Assembly (NCBI RefSeq): GCF_000150275.1
Contig: NW_002060950.1
Span: 3,028,596 to 3,092,595, forward strand
Origin: Trichoplax adhaerens
Lineage: Eukaryota > Animalia > Placozoa
Direction: 5' to 3'
Length of the DNA stretch: 64,000 nucleotides
Every line of letters starts with the position of its first letter. Positions within the stretch are counted from its first letter, which is position 1. The translations under genes were made by a program, and so were the position numbers. The notes below the pieces were generated by a model. The model had not been told where the DNA came from, did not search any database, and was given only the letters and a program-made list of their open reading frames with translations. This document shows, in pieces, positions 36,727-48,200 of the stretch.

Positions 36727-39700
36727 ATGGCTTTCCCAAGATTTGCCTTTACTCAGCCGTCGAATCCACGGTAGTGTTGCGTGCATAAGATTGCTATAAC
36801 TAATCAATCCAATCTTGTAGAATATTTAAATTGTTTCGAAAGTTTTTCAGCTAGAATACGTTAGAAATGATGATGTTGAATTATAGCACATAAAGTATTT
36901 ATATTCCATCAAATCTCTAATAGTCTCCTGGAGCTACAGCCAGCTTACAAGTTATGCTTTCCATGATTATACTGTATACATATGTTTAGACAGTATTACT
37001 GTGGCTTTTAGCAGTACATATTCAGATGCGAAAGATTGCTTATTATAACAGTGCATTTATTATCAATTTGTTAGTAGTCAGATTACTTTTAACCCCTGCA
37101 ACGCTTAGTACTATCCTTAAAGACTGCTTCATACTCACTCAATGGCGTAAATATTTCAAAAACTTCTTATTTTCTCATACATTATAGACTACCACCAAAT
37201 CATTGCTTGTACGTTTGTGGAATTGAATCTAGTGTTCTTGAGGTAATGTGGTATTAAAAATAGACTCAGATGATGATACTTGATGAATTGCTCTACTATA
37301 TTAATTTATGTCATCAATTTGACAAGTTACGAGTATGAGAGTATCTATACTAAGAGTTTTAATTCACTCTTTCCTTCAAATTAATTCAGTTAATCGACTA
37401 TAATAAAGTGAACCATCTTTCTTATGTTGGTAGTTTCTGTTCAAATTTATTAACGATTACTTTCGATAAAGTTTCAATGCCTTGCACTTACCGCTGTAAA
37501 GTAGAAGGTAGCTTTGCAAAAAGTGATGTTATGTAATAAAAAAAAAATGGAAGCAATTTTGTTACCGATCAATTTCAAATGCCCTCATAAATTTATTATA
37601 TTCAAACACATTGATTAATATCTTTAGGCATTTGAATATGAAGTCTGTAAAATTATAAATCGAGCCCAAATTATATTTTATCACTATATTGGCATTGGAA
37701 AAGAAAATTGGCGATTTGCGTAAGCATAGTGTATAAAATTTAGTAGTTAAATAATTTTAAAAGTTTTATTATCACTTCAAGTCGTACATATTGCTGTACT
37801 AACAAATTGAGATAATGATATATAATAAACTAATGTTATCCGATGGTTTAATCGCCGGTTTAACCAGAATTTAATAATATTCAAAGTCGGGATCAACGAT
37901 CTAGAAATAGTCTTGTGTGCGATTATATACCTTACCAGAATTAAAATTGATTCTGTTTTACATAGAATGTTGTACTGAAAGAGCTGCTTGGCACTACAAG
38001 TATTCATATATATTGCACGTTTTCTTTTATCTGGAAATAGACAAATACTGGTAGAAGAAAGAAACCAAGTCATCCAGTTGAACATAAATTTGAGAGGAAT
38101 CAAAGTTGGAAAAAGCAAGTTAGGTTTAACTGTTTATTTACCGCCAGAATTGCCCCTAAATATCAGAAATGGCATGGAAAAGATAGTTTATGATCAAATG
38201 AAAGCCTTAGGATTGCGTAGATCTGGTTGTATGTATGATACGGAAACACAAAATAGGTGAGTTTTAACTTTCATCTACTCTAGAGTACCAATTTTGCAAG
38301 TTAGGCTATATACTTAATCGGTTGATACAGGAATATTCTAATTTGAAACACCATTCGTCATCTCTATATTAAGAATAAATGAAGTCAAAGAAGCCAAAAA
38401 AGCTTTTTCAGACGATGAATTAAAAGAGTTGACCGAATTAAGAACGCTTGTCAGAGTCATTAATATACCAGAGGCAATAGCACAAGTTTGTAAAAATTCT
38501 TGCATGATGGAATTTCGAATACTTAGAAATACTACATTACGCCTAAATTGAGAATGTTTCATAATTACATGTCATTTATTTTCTTCCTTTAGATAGAATT
38601 AATGCACATCTTTAGCCAAGTTGGAAGAGTAGATGATCTCATTAGGGCAAGATCCGGCGAAGTGTAAGAAGTTGATTGATAAAAGCTTTTAATCAAATTG
38701 TAGATCGTTGCTGATTTGCTCTGCTCTCCTACATGATGATTGAGGACATGTAGTGTATTATGATCTGTACTGAAGTTTATAGGATGTGTATTTCATAGCA
38801 TAATCTGTACTAGGTTTGCAAACTTAATGTAATCGAGGTTATAGCTTTGCAAAGAGCTGGTTTCTTGGATGTTCGATATTAATATAATTTCACCTAGAAC
38901 TGTTACAGTAATTGTTAACTTTACAGCAATACAAGTATGTAAGACTGATTTTGTCCTTAAGATTAAAATCACAATTAGTGTATATTTACATTGCCCGTAA
39001 CAAGTATACTGTATACTGTAGTGAATTGATCATGCACAAACGGCTTGGATCTGCAATTAAAAATTATCATTACATCATTTTTCAACTATGCAGAATCGTA
39101 GTGTACCGACGGCAATGGGGTGCCGTTATGGCCATGTTGTGTCTGAATAAGTATAATATTATCAAGGGCAAACGAATAACATTAGAAATACATGAGAAGC
39201 CTAATATTGTAACTTTGATCAATAAAGTTATTTGCAGCGTGCAACAAAAACTTAAAAGTAATCGTCGAGACCAATGGCTCTTAGCGACTAAAACACGTCG
39301 TTGGACTCGAGATTCTTCGTTATCCTCTATTCAATCTGGTGATCTTAGAAAGGATAAATCCACGGATTTCGTAAATAAGTCGAATGTCTTCCAAGTTTCT
39401 GGCGATAACAATAACACTGAAAATACTGAGAAATCTAAAGATTGCAATTCAAAAACACAAGAAAACAGTAAGGAACTCTCTAGCCTCATTAGCAATGACA
39501 TTATAGACATATCAATTTTTAAAGCATAAGGTGAAATATTTCAAGTTTCTTTCTGGCAATTTCTTAAAAGGCTATTTTGAGTATTGTACTCTCTCGTGAT
39601 TATAAGATCTGAATTATTAGAACAATTATGATGTATATCATTACATATAGTTGTGTATTATGCAATTTTTATAACATTTGTTGTAGTCAAAGCATTTTTA

Positions 39701-42587
39701 AATAGTAATTCCTAAGTTTTGATATTGATCCAGCCATATATCTGTCAACGTAATTTTAGGTCAAGATGATAAATTAACTACCATGAAGGTAAAGCCTCAA
39801 AGTGCTGAAGAATATAGGGAAGCTAATAGCCAATTTCCAGTTGTATCTCCAACGGATAATATAGACTCAAGAATTTCTGATCCAATCAAATCAGAATCAA
39901 TGAACAAAGGATTAAGGGTTAAACTAGAAATCGAGTTATCTACTGCGGCTCATTTTCTCATTCAAGAGACTAAGTTAGAAGAATCGTTGCAGCAATATGG
40001 TTACGATGTCTATTTCCAATATATCCACATTGAAGGAAATTTTCGATTAATCGTTCACATGCCCTCTAAAGATCAAGGGTATATTGGGAAAATGTTATCC
40101 AGTTATACTAACTGCATTATTAGCAATAGCAGTCAAAATCTGCCTCATCCTTTATCCACTTTTATTGCTCGTCATGATGAGAAGCAGGTACTAACTAATA
40201 AGCATCTGCGATTTAATGGTATCAAAGCTGGAATTATGCGTCATGGTGATAGTCTATCGGTATCTGTTGTTGCCTTAGACGCAAAAGCCCATCATCTAGC
40301 TATTTCTTTATTGAGAGAAATGTTTTGCTGCCAGTCGACCACAGTCAATGTTGATGGCCTATTCGTTAGATCCGATTTTCATATATTTATGCATGGATTA
40401 AGAAATCATTTAGCTGGAAACTATGATATTTATCTGGAAAGCGTATACAGTAATAATTTTGATTCATGTAAGATTCTCGTCGCTGGAAAACGAGCTGATG
40501 TTTCTAACGCAACCCACATTATTCAGAACCATTTAGATAAATATAAAGTCGTTGAATACGTAATACCTCATGTTCACTTAATAAATGCAATAAATCAGCA
40601 ATTGTATTGGCGAGAAGATCTCCAATTACTAGAAAAAGCGTACGGTTGCAATATTCAAATTGAGAAGACCACTAATAAGGAAGCGAATATTTTAATTAAA
40701 TGTAGTCAAGTTTATGCAACAAATATTTATCAAAAGATGGAAGAACTTATTCAAAGAAGTTCAGAGGTAGAAATAAGTGAAGTTTTGAATAAAAAAATAA
40801 CATTAAAAAATATTTCTGGTCGCAATTTCGAAATGGATCGTACACAAGACAAACATGAAAATTTAATTACCGCATTACCCAACGAATGTGAACGGTTGGT
40901 AGCTCACAGTTGCATTTGTTACGTTTAGTTATAGATGTTGACTTGTCGACATATTTTATAGTACGAATTGAGATTTTTGCTGTTCAATGAATCTAATTAG
41001 TCAAGTAAACGATACTATACGTATATAATGCTAAAGTACATTTTTAAAAGTGCTAATTTAAAAGATGAAAAACTCAAAATTTTGTTGCTATGATCAATAG
41101 TAGCCATATCGAGTGGGAACTTCGCTTGCAGTTTAACCTTAGAAATGCTGGATGCTAGCAATAGCCGTAGTTTATATTAAATGTTACTATACCGTAAAAG
41201 AAGTATGTGGACTAAATATTATGCGATTGAATTGCTAGAATAAACCCCAGTTCTTCTTCAATTGGGACAGTGAGTCAATATTTATCAATTTTTTTTCAAT
41301 CGAACGTAGAAAACTCTGTATAGCTACTGCTTCATACAATATCAAGGAATCAATTAACCAGAATCGAGCTAATGAAGGAGGTAGCGAAACGAAGTTTGAA
41401 AGTGAAATAGGTCAAAACATGGTTGATGGCAAAGTTAACCTGGATACTTTACAAGATGAAAAAGAAAGTACCTTCATTCTAACATGCGATGATTGTAACA
41501 AGTAAGTAGGGTATCGCTAATCTTAGTCCATAATTAGCAATAAATTATTCCATCAATAATAAGAAATAGTTATCTATTAGCGTTAATTTTATAGTATACT
41601 TATAATATATATATAATTGGAGGAAGACAACCGTACATCCACTTAATATTCGATTTTGAGAAGTCAACAGGATATCGCTAATTTCCGCTAATAATTAATC
41701 AATGATGTATAGTGCCTATGGATAGACAAAAAATAGTTATATGCAACATGAGGAAAACATTATTATTCTGTGTTTTGGCAATTGAAGTAGGATCACTTAT
41801 TGTCAGGAGGGTACAAATTCTAAAACAACCGAAAATCCTTCTCAAGTTAATCCTGCAGTACATGTTTCTTCTCTATCATCGGCTACTAATGACCATGATA
41901 AAATCTCAAAAATTATTAAATTAGTAAAAGGAAAGGTTGAAAAAGAGGGTATTGAAGTATGTATGATGAAGTAAATTTCAAGAGTAGCGTTCATTTAATG
42001 ATTACTGTCTATGCAATCATTCTTAGGCACAAGCTATCGTTAACTACGTAAAACTGGAAAAGCACCATAAAGGAGAAATTGGAAAGGCATTACATCGCCT
42101 TGGTGGATTCCAGTATCAGCTTGATTACTACCAAAATTTGCAACGTCTGACTGTGGATGAAATTGGAATTACTAAAGGAACTTACTTTGGCTGCAAGAAG
42201 GTTTATCATATTCGGTTTTTAAGCTCCAATCAGCCAATATCGGTAAGACCCTAGGAAATATATTTCGTAATTTAAGTTCATATATTAATTTTGTTTACAA
42301 CCGATTGTAAATTTTAGTGGCTCATTGATCGAATCAAAAAATGCCTTGAGAAAGCCCATTCAGATTCGATAAACTCGATAGCAATCCCCATGTATGGTAG
42401 TCCTGAATTTAGTACTAATATTGACGAATTATCTCAAGAAATGGTCAAGGTTATTTCAAAATTTTATGACGAACATAAGCAACTAACACTTGTGAAATCT
42501 ATACATCTAATTATTCAACCTAGCGACTTAAAATGTTATGACATTTTTAAATCTGTGTTAATGTCTTTCGAGTTGCCCGTAATTTAA
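36727..42587 (+). CDS. G4: truncated PARP14-like protein, RRM-RRM-KH-like array-single macrodomain; closest paralogue of G3
   Basis: Exons 36727-36770 (tentative), 37188-37242, 37628-37719, 38041-38256, 38374-38485, 38593-38663, 39094-39467, 39760-40894, 41310-41501, 41791-41956, 42027-42242, 42318-42587 (980 aa). Ends KSVLMSFELPVI* versus G3 KSVIMSFELLV*. Two splice sites are shifted relative to G3. Confidence 0.78.
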
Positions 42588-42912
42588 TTCTGAATATGAA
42601 TTTGTATGAGTACTTTCAAGGCATAGCGATGGACTCCATTGCTAGCTAGCCAACTATTCACTATTTAGATAGCAACAAAAATAAATTCAGTTTTAATTTT
42701 TATGCTGTGGTTATTCAGGAAATTCTCAGATAATTTCAATGTCTATGATTAGATTAGCTGCGACTACTTTATTTTATTTTCTGTACTATAAATGTTAAGA
42801 AACCCTGATTTTCGACACTTTACGCTCAAAATATGATCAGAACTGAGTCAAATTGGGCTATAATATCTCATGTACCTGTCTAAACTACATATTAAACTGA
42901 TCTACACTAAAA

Positions 42913-43001
42913 CAGGGACTCCTACTGGAAAAATTTGAATTGCAAAAAATCAAAAGTTAAACATTTGCTATTCGTTGAAATTTTACCGGCAGGAGTTCCT
43001 G
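42913..43001. repeat. 89-bp imperfect inverted repeat (MITE-like or hairpin)
   Basis: cagggactcctactggaaaaattt is the reverse complement of aaattttaccggcaggagttcctg at 20/24; the inner gaattgcaaa / tttgctattc pair matches at 9/10. Confidence 0.7.
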
Positions 43002-43679
43002 ACAAAAGTCATGCTATAGAGGTGGATCTGCTGGGGTAAACCTATTTTAATTTCAATACTAGGGAGCTCTGTAGATCGGATCTCTTACATTTAGTATAGA
43101 GCGGGATGAGAATTAAAAAGCAATTCTTTATTGAGTACCTACTTCTACAGGTAATGATAAGCTAGTAATTTTAACCTAATTAAAGTCGCCTATTCAGTTT
43201 TATCCGCTTACTGCCAAGTTAATAATTCATTCTATTTGGCTAAATTCTCACTCTAACTTATCAATTTTAGTTACTATTGTAAAAAAGTAGATGACTCGGT
43301 TTATGAGCTCCTGTTAGTCGCAATGCCTTCAAATTTGTACTGCAGTGAGTTAAATAAATCTCTGAGCGTTTACAACCCTCAGAAACCCCGTACTAAATCG
43401 TTTCTATGACTAGTATCCTAATTCTCGAACAAAAGCTGTCCATCGCAGTGTAAAATATCCCAATTTATTTCCAAGCAAGCGCGAACATTTTCTCCTACAT
43501 CTAAATCGAATTTTACATTTATAGAAATCTTTAGACTAAGATAACCTAAATTTGCATAGATGAGTTATCCATTTACATACTGGCAACTCATGCAAAATGC
43601 TTCAAATACCCCTTTACTAAATCTTCAAATCATTTAATTACTTATATATTTCAATAGTATAAGCATTAACAAAGAGTAA

Positions 43680-44130
43680 AAGTGCAAGCCTTTAGTATAA
43701 CTCGGTTTTATCTAGTCTAAGTTGGATCCATTGATTCGGTAAAGCAAAAGAGAATAGTATCATATTACTATTCTGTAATCCGCTCCTCGATTTAATTATA
43801 TCTATGTTCGATCAATTGATTAAGATAAGAAAAGCAAAATAGGAAGGCTTTATATTTCTTTTCTGCAGCCCATTACTTAATTTTGTCTAAGCTTGATCTT
43901 TCATTGCGAAAAGCGAAGATTGATGGTATGCTATTGCTATTCTGTAATCCATTTCAGGATTTAATCGTGCTATAGCTTGATCATTCAATTGAGAATGCAA
44001 AGAGGATACTATTGAATAGCTATTCTGCAGTCCATTGCTCGATTCTAACGTACATTCGTGTCTAAACTTGATCGATTGATTCAGCAAAGCTAAAGAAGAT
44101 AATGTCTCACTACCGTTCTATAATTCATCA
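43680..44130 (+). repeat. Degenerate minisatellite, ~80-94 bp x 5-6
   Basis: ttctg(t/c)a(a/g)(t/c)cc...gatc...aaagc/aatgc units at ~43771, 43861, 43940, 44023, 44116. Confidence 0.7.
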
Positions 44131-44224
44131 TTTGGTTTTATTATGTTTAAGTTTGAATAACAGTCAAATAATGAGGAAAGTAAAAGATCAAAAACAAAGA
44201 AAAGAAATTAGAGAATTACTTCAT

Positions 44225-44281
44225 GAATAACAAGCATGGTGAATAAAGAATAACAAGCATGGTGCATAATGAATAACAAGC
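44225..44281 (+). repeat. Tandem repeat, 23 bp x ~2.5
   Basis: gaataacaagc at 44225, 44248 and 44271. Confidence 0.8.
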
Positions 44282-45231
44282 GTTATATATGGTGCTTAAT
44301 TGTAGTAAATAATTATTCAAGGAATGTGCATACGTCGGCACATTTTTTAAATAAATATTAATTAATCTTCTCTGATCGTGAGCGAAGTGACTGCTTTAGT
44401 GGAATTCAAGCCTAATGATGGAGTGCAGTAATGTTTGATTGATTTTATGATTTACATTATTCCAAATTATATCGTTAAAATATGAGCCATATACAGTGGT
44501 GCTATCCATTAAAATCACTTGCATAGATAGCGTAGATCTCATTTTATCTGCTATTGGTGGTATTTTACTTTCACTAAGAAGCGTCATAAATCATTGTATT
44601 TTTGCTATCCCCATATTTTGTTCTCCCAGTTAGCCATGTTAAGTTTTACAGTGCTTGATCGATCGTTATAGATGATGTTGATAGCGGCAATCAACGTCTT
44701 ATTTATAACTGGCAGTAATAAAGATGAGAATAAAAGCTAGACACTAGCTATTAAACACGAATTATAGTCGAATATCAAAGTCCATCTTGCCAGCAGAGAT
44801 TTCTTTGGAAACTGTTTGTGTGAAACTATATTTAACACCTTGGCAGTAGCCAAGATGTGTTTGGTGCTGGCATAAAGAAATTTTCAAACCCCTTGCTAAT
44901 CAAGTGATTGTTCAAGATATATATTTTAACGTTTCAATATTAACTGTACTATGTGAACAGCGCAGTTTCTGTTGAAAATTAGAAACTTGTGAGGACTAAG
45001 TTCGCGGACTAGTACGGACAGTACTGTAGACATTTGTAGATACTATCATTTACTTTGGATGGCAATATAATAAGACAACAAGATTCAATTGTTAGTCAAT
45101 AGACGGTACCATCAGAAAGAAGACGACAGGAGAGGATAGATCTTTTATGGCGAGTTAGTTAAAGATCAGTTTTATTAAGGTTGGCCAGTAGGATTGTCAG
45201 TCGCGATTAATCTAATTAAAAAAATTCGTCA

Positions 45232-48200
45232 ATGATGAATAAATCAGGTGAGATCTTGCAAGGATGCTACAACATATTAATGGATGCTTTATGGTGCATC
45301 ACATCTATTTTTTAATAACTATGCTGGTTATTTTTGACCTTTTCTAGGTGGGGTTAGCGGTAATAGTGACGGAAAAGAGAATGAGTTTTCTTTAAGGTGG
45401 TTGGAGGATGTGTTCGAGCAAAGTAAGGGTTATACTGGTGCAAATGAAAAAAACGAAAATAAACAACAGAAAGATCCTAAACTTATAGAAAATATGACTA
45501 AAAAAGAAGAAATTCAAAGACAAACATCAAATGATATATTAAGTAAGGAAATGATTCATCAACCAGGGAATATCAGCACGAACAACAGTGATAAGGATAT
45601 CTCTCCTTCGATACCGCTGCATTTATTAGATGATGTAATAGATCAAAATGAAAACAGTACTAGTGGAAAAAATATTGCTTGTAGGGAAATATCCAAAGAG
45701 ACTACTAAGCAAAAACATACACACGAAACCTACATAGATGACATAATAAACGAAATAACCGATACTACAACCAGGCTGGATAAAGTCAAGGGTACGAACA
45801 GTTTGGGCGGCCAAACATTGGCTCAGACTTGTACTGAAATGGCCACTTGTCAAGATCGTAACGCTATTTTTACAGGAGATGAAAACTTGGGGAAAGCAAG
45901 AAGTGGTGTAGAAAACTTGAAAAATAGGGATAATTTGCTACCATCTTTAAAAGAAAACAGCATCGAGGATCGAAGTAATGCCCCAAAGTTGGTAAAGGGT
46001 AAACTATTAGACTCGCAATTAGATGCAATGGACACTGTTATGAAGAAAACAGCACATACTGAAATGAAAACCCCAAACGTCGATGTAAAAGATGCAATAC
46101 TAATGGCTATAGAGACTGAATATAAGGACGTCAATTTAGATCCAAATTTTCGAGCTATGCCTACAAGTTTAAAGGATTCTGCTAAGAATATTGATGAGAT
46201 GAATGTCAAGACAGGACAGTCATCAAACCAATTAATCACAGAGAATAATCTAATTGCACAGTCTTTGGACGGTATGATTAAAGATATCCAGAGTAACATC
46301 GATAATAACTCTAATCAAAAAACGAAGCTCATTCTCGCTAATGAAAAATGTCAAAAGGATGTGAGCGAAACAAGCAGCGATAATGACCATGTAGGCAAAC
46401 TTGGTACTGTACAAGATAGTGAAAATCAAGCCGGAAGTGATGGTAAAGATGATAAATCAATAATCATAGATGGATCTACCCAGGTGGCCAGTCATCATTC
46501 CATTCCAGATTTATCTAAATTGGATCTTGAAGGAAGGGAAGAGATCGATCATGATGTCAGATTTCTTGTAGATGAAATAAATACAGATATTCTGGATTTG
46601 GACAAAACCATCGTAGAAGGGGATGCTACAGCTCAGAAAATTGAAGAGAGAACAGACGCTTTTGAGAAGGATAAATTTAAAGTTAATGATAGTTCTAATA
46701 ATGAAGATAGGAAATGTGATACAAAGCTAGACCTGGCAGATACAGAAGTATCCGGCAATAAAGGAAAACAAAAACTAGTTGACCAACAGTCGGTTCATCA
46801 AGACCTAACTGTAGAATCGTCGAACTTATCGGAAACGTTGGACAACCTTTTAGCGACTGATTTTGATCAATCGAAAATCAGCCACGATCAAAAAGTATCA
46901 GCTAAACAGCAAAGAAAATCTATTGATAAATCGAAATCGGTTAGACATGGACAAACTCAAGATTTTAAAGCTAGGTCGATCAATAACAGTAAAGGAATTG
47001 TAGAAAGGCACGATCGTGTTAGAGCTAAATATTCACAAGAGAAAATATCTACAAAGACTAACAAGCTAAAAGGTGATCAGAAAGTTTGTATGTCATCGGC
47101 AGAAGTTGTGTTACTTCGGCAACTTGGATTACAAGAAAAGTTACTATGTATGGGCTTCAGGGCCGATGTAAAAGCTACAGGAAATCAGTATACGCTGATG
47201 ACGAACATGAATAATCCTAAAGCACCTAGGGAACAGCTGGCAGCCATTAAAAATAGTCAAGATGGTATATCGGCCAATTTATCCGCTTTCCTACGTCAGT
47301 ATTCTCATTTAATCAATGATATCAATAGAATTTTGCGAAATAAACGAATTTTAGCTGGAGTCTATCTTGATAATGAGGCAGTCTTTGTTATTGGAATCAA
47401 TAATGAGGAATACGATAAAGCAGTTGCCTTCCTGAAAGAACAGTATCAAACCAAAGAGTTTAAACTTCATTACAAAAAAAATCTACTGGAAGATTGGACT
47501 AATGTTCATCAATATTTCACTCATAAATTTGCACACTATCATCGAGTTTTCGTCGACTTTTGCATTAATACCATCGATAAGACTGTTAATACTACCGTTG
47601 TAGGAGTGCTTAATGAAATAGACTATGTTGTCAGTAAAGCTAAGAAGTATCTAATGGTATATAAGGGTAATGCCCATCATCATACATCCTTTGACGATCG
47701 ATTCGATGAATTTGTGATTGGTAAAATGAAATTATTAAAAGTTGAATTTCTTCAACGCTTTTGTAACGATGATTTAATGGCAATACAGAATCGCTATCAA
47801 TGTCAAGTTTTATTTGAAGCAAACAAGGGAGAAAGTAGCAGTGAGGATAGTAAAGTAATAATCAAATATCGCCATAGCCAAATATCGACAGCCATTAGTC
47901 AGATTGATGCGGAAATTCGTTCCATTCCAGTGGTTTGCAAATCAATTTCGGTTGGAAAGAGTCAATTTTCAAAAATTTTACGCTACGTTATTTCAGAAAA
48001 GGATAAAGGAAAACTGGCTAATTTAAAAGACAGCCTGCAATTCTCCATTGACGTTGCTGATGTCCAAATTCGCAGGTATGTCTAGAATGATCTGTAAACA
48101 ATCGAGCATATTTTAATCAATAAATATATCTAGAAATACGTGTAAATAAATAGCATCAAGAATAATCTTCTAAATAGGAGGATATTTAGAATGACTTGTA

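Noticed and set aside
43680-44281. Spaced repeats superficially like a CRISPR array
   Set aside because: Eukaryotic context, whole units are similar rather than having unique spacers, repeats are degenerate and no cas genes are present.
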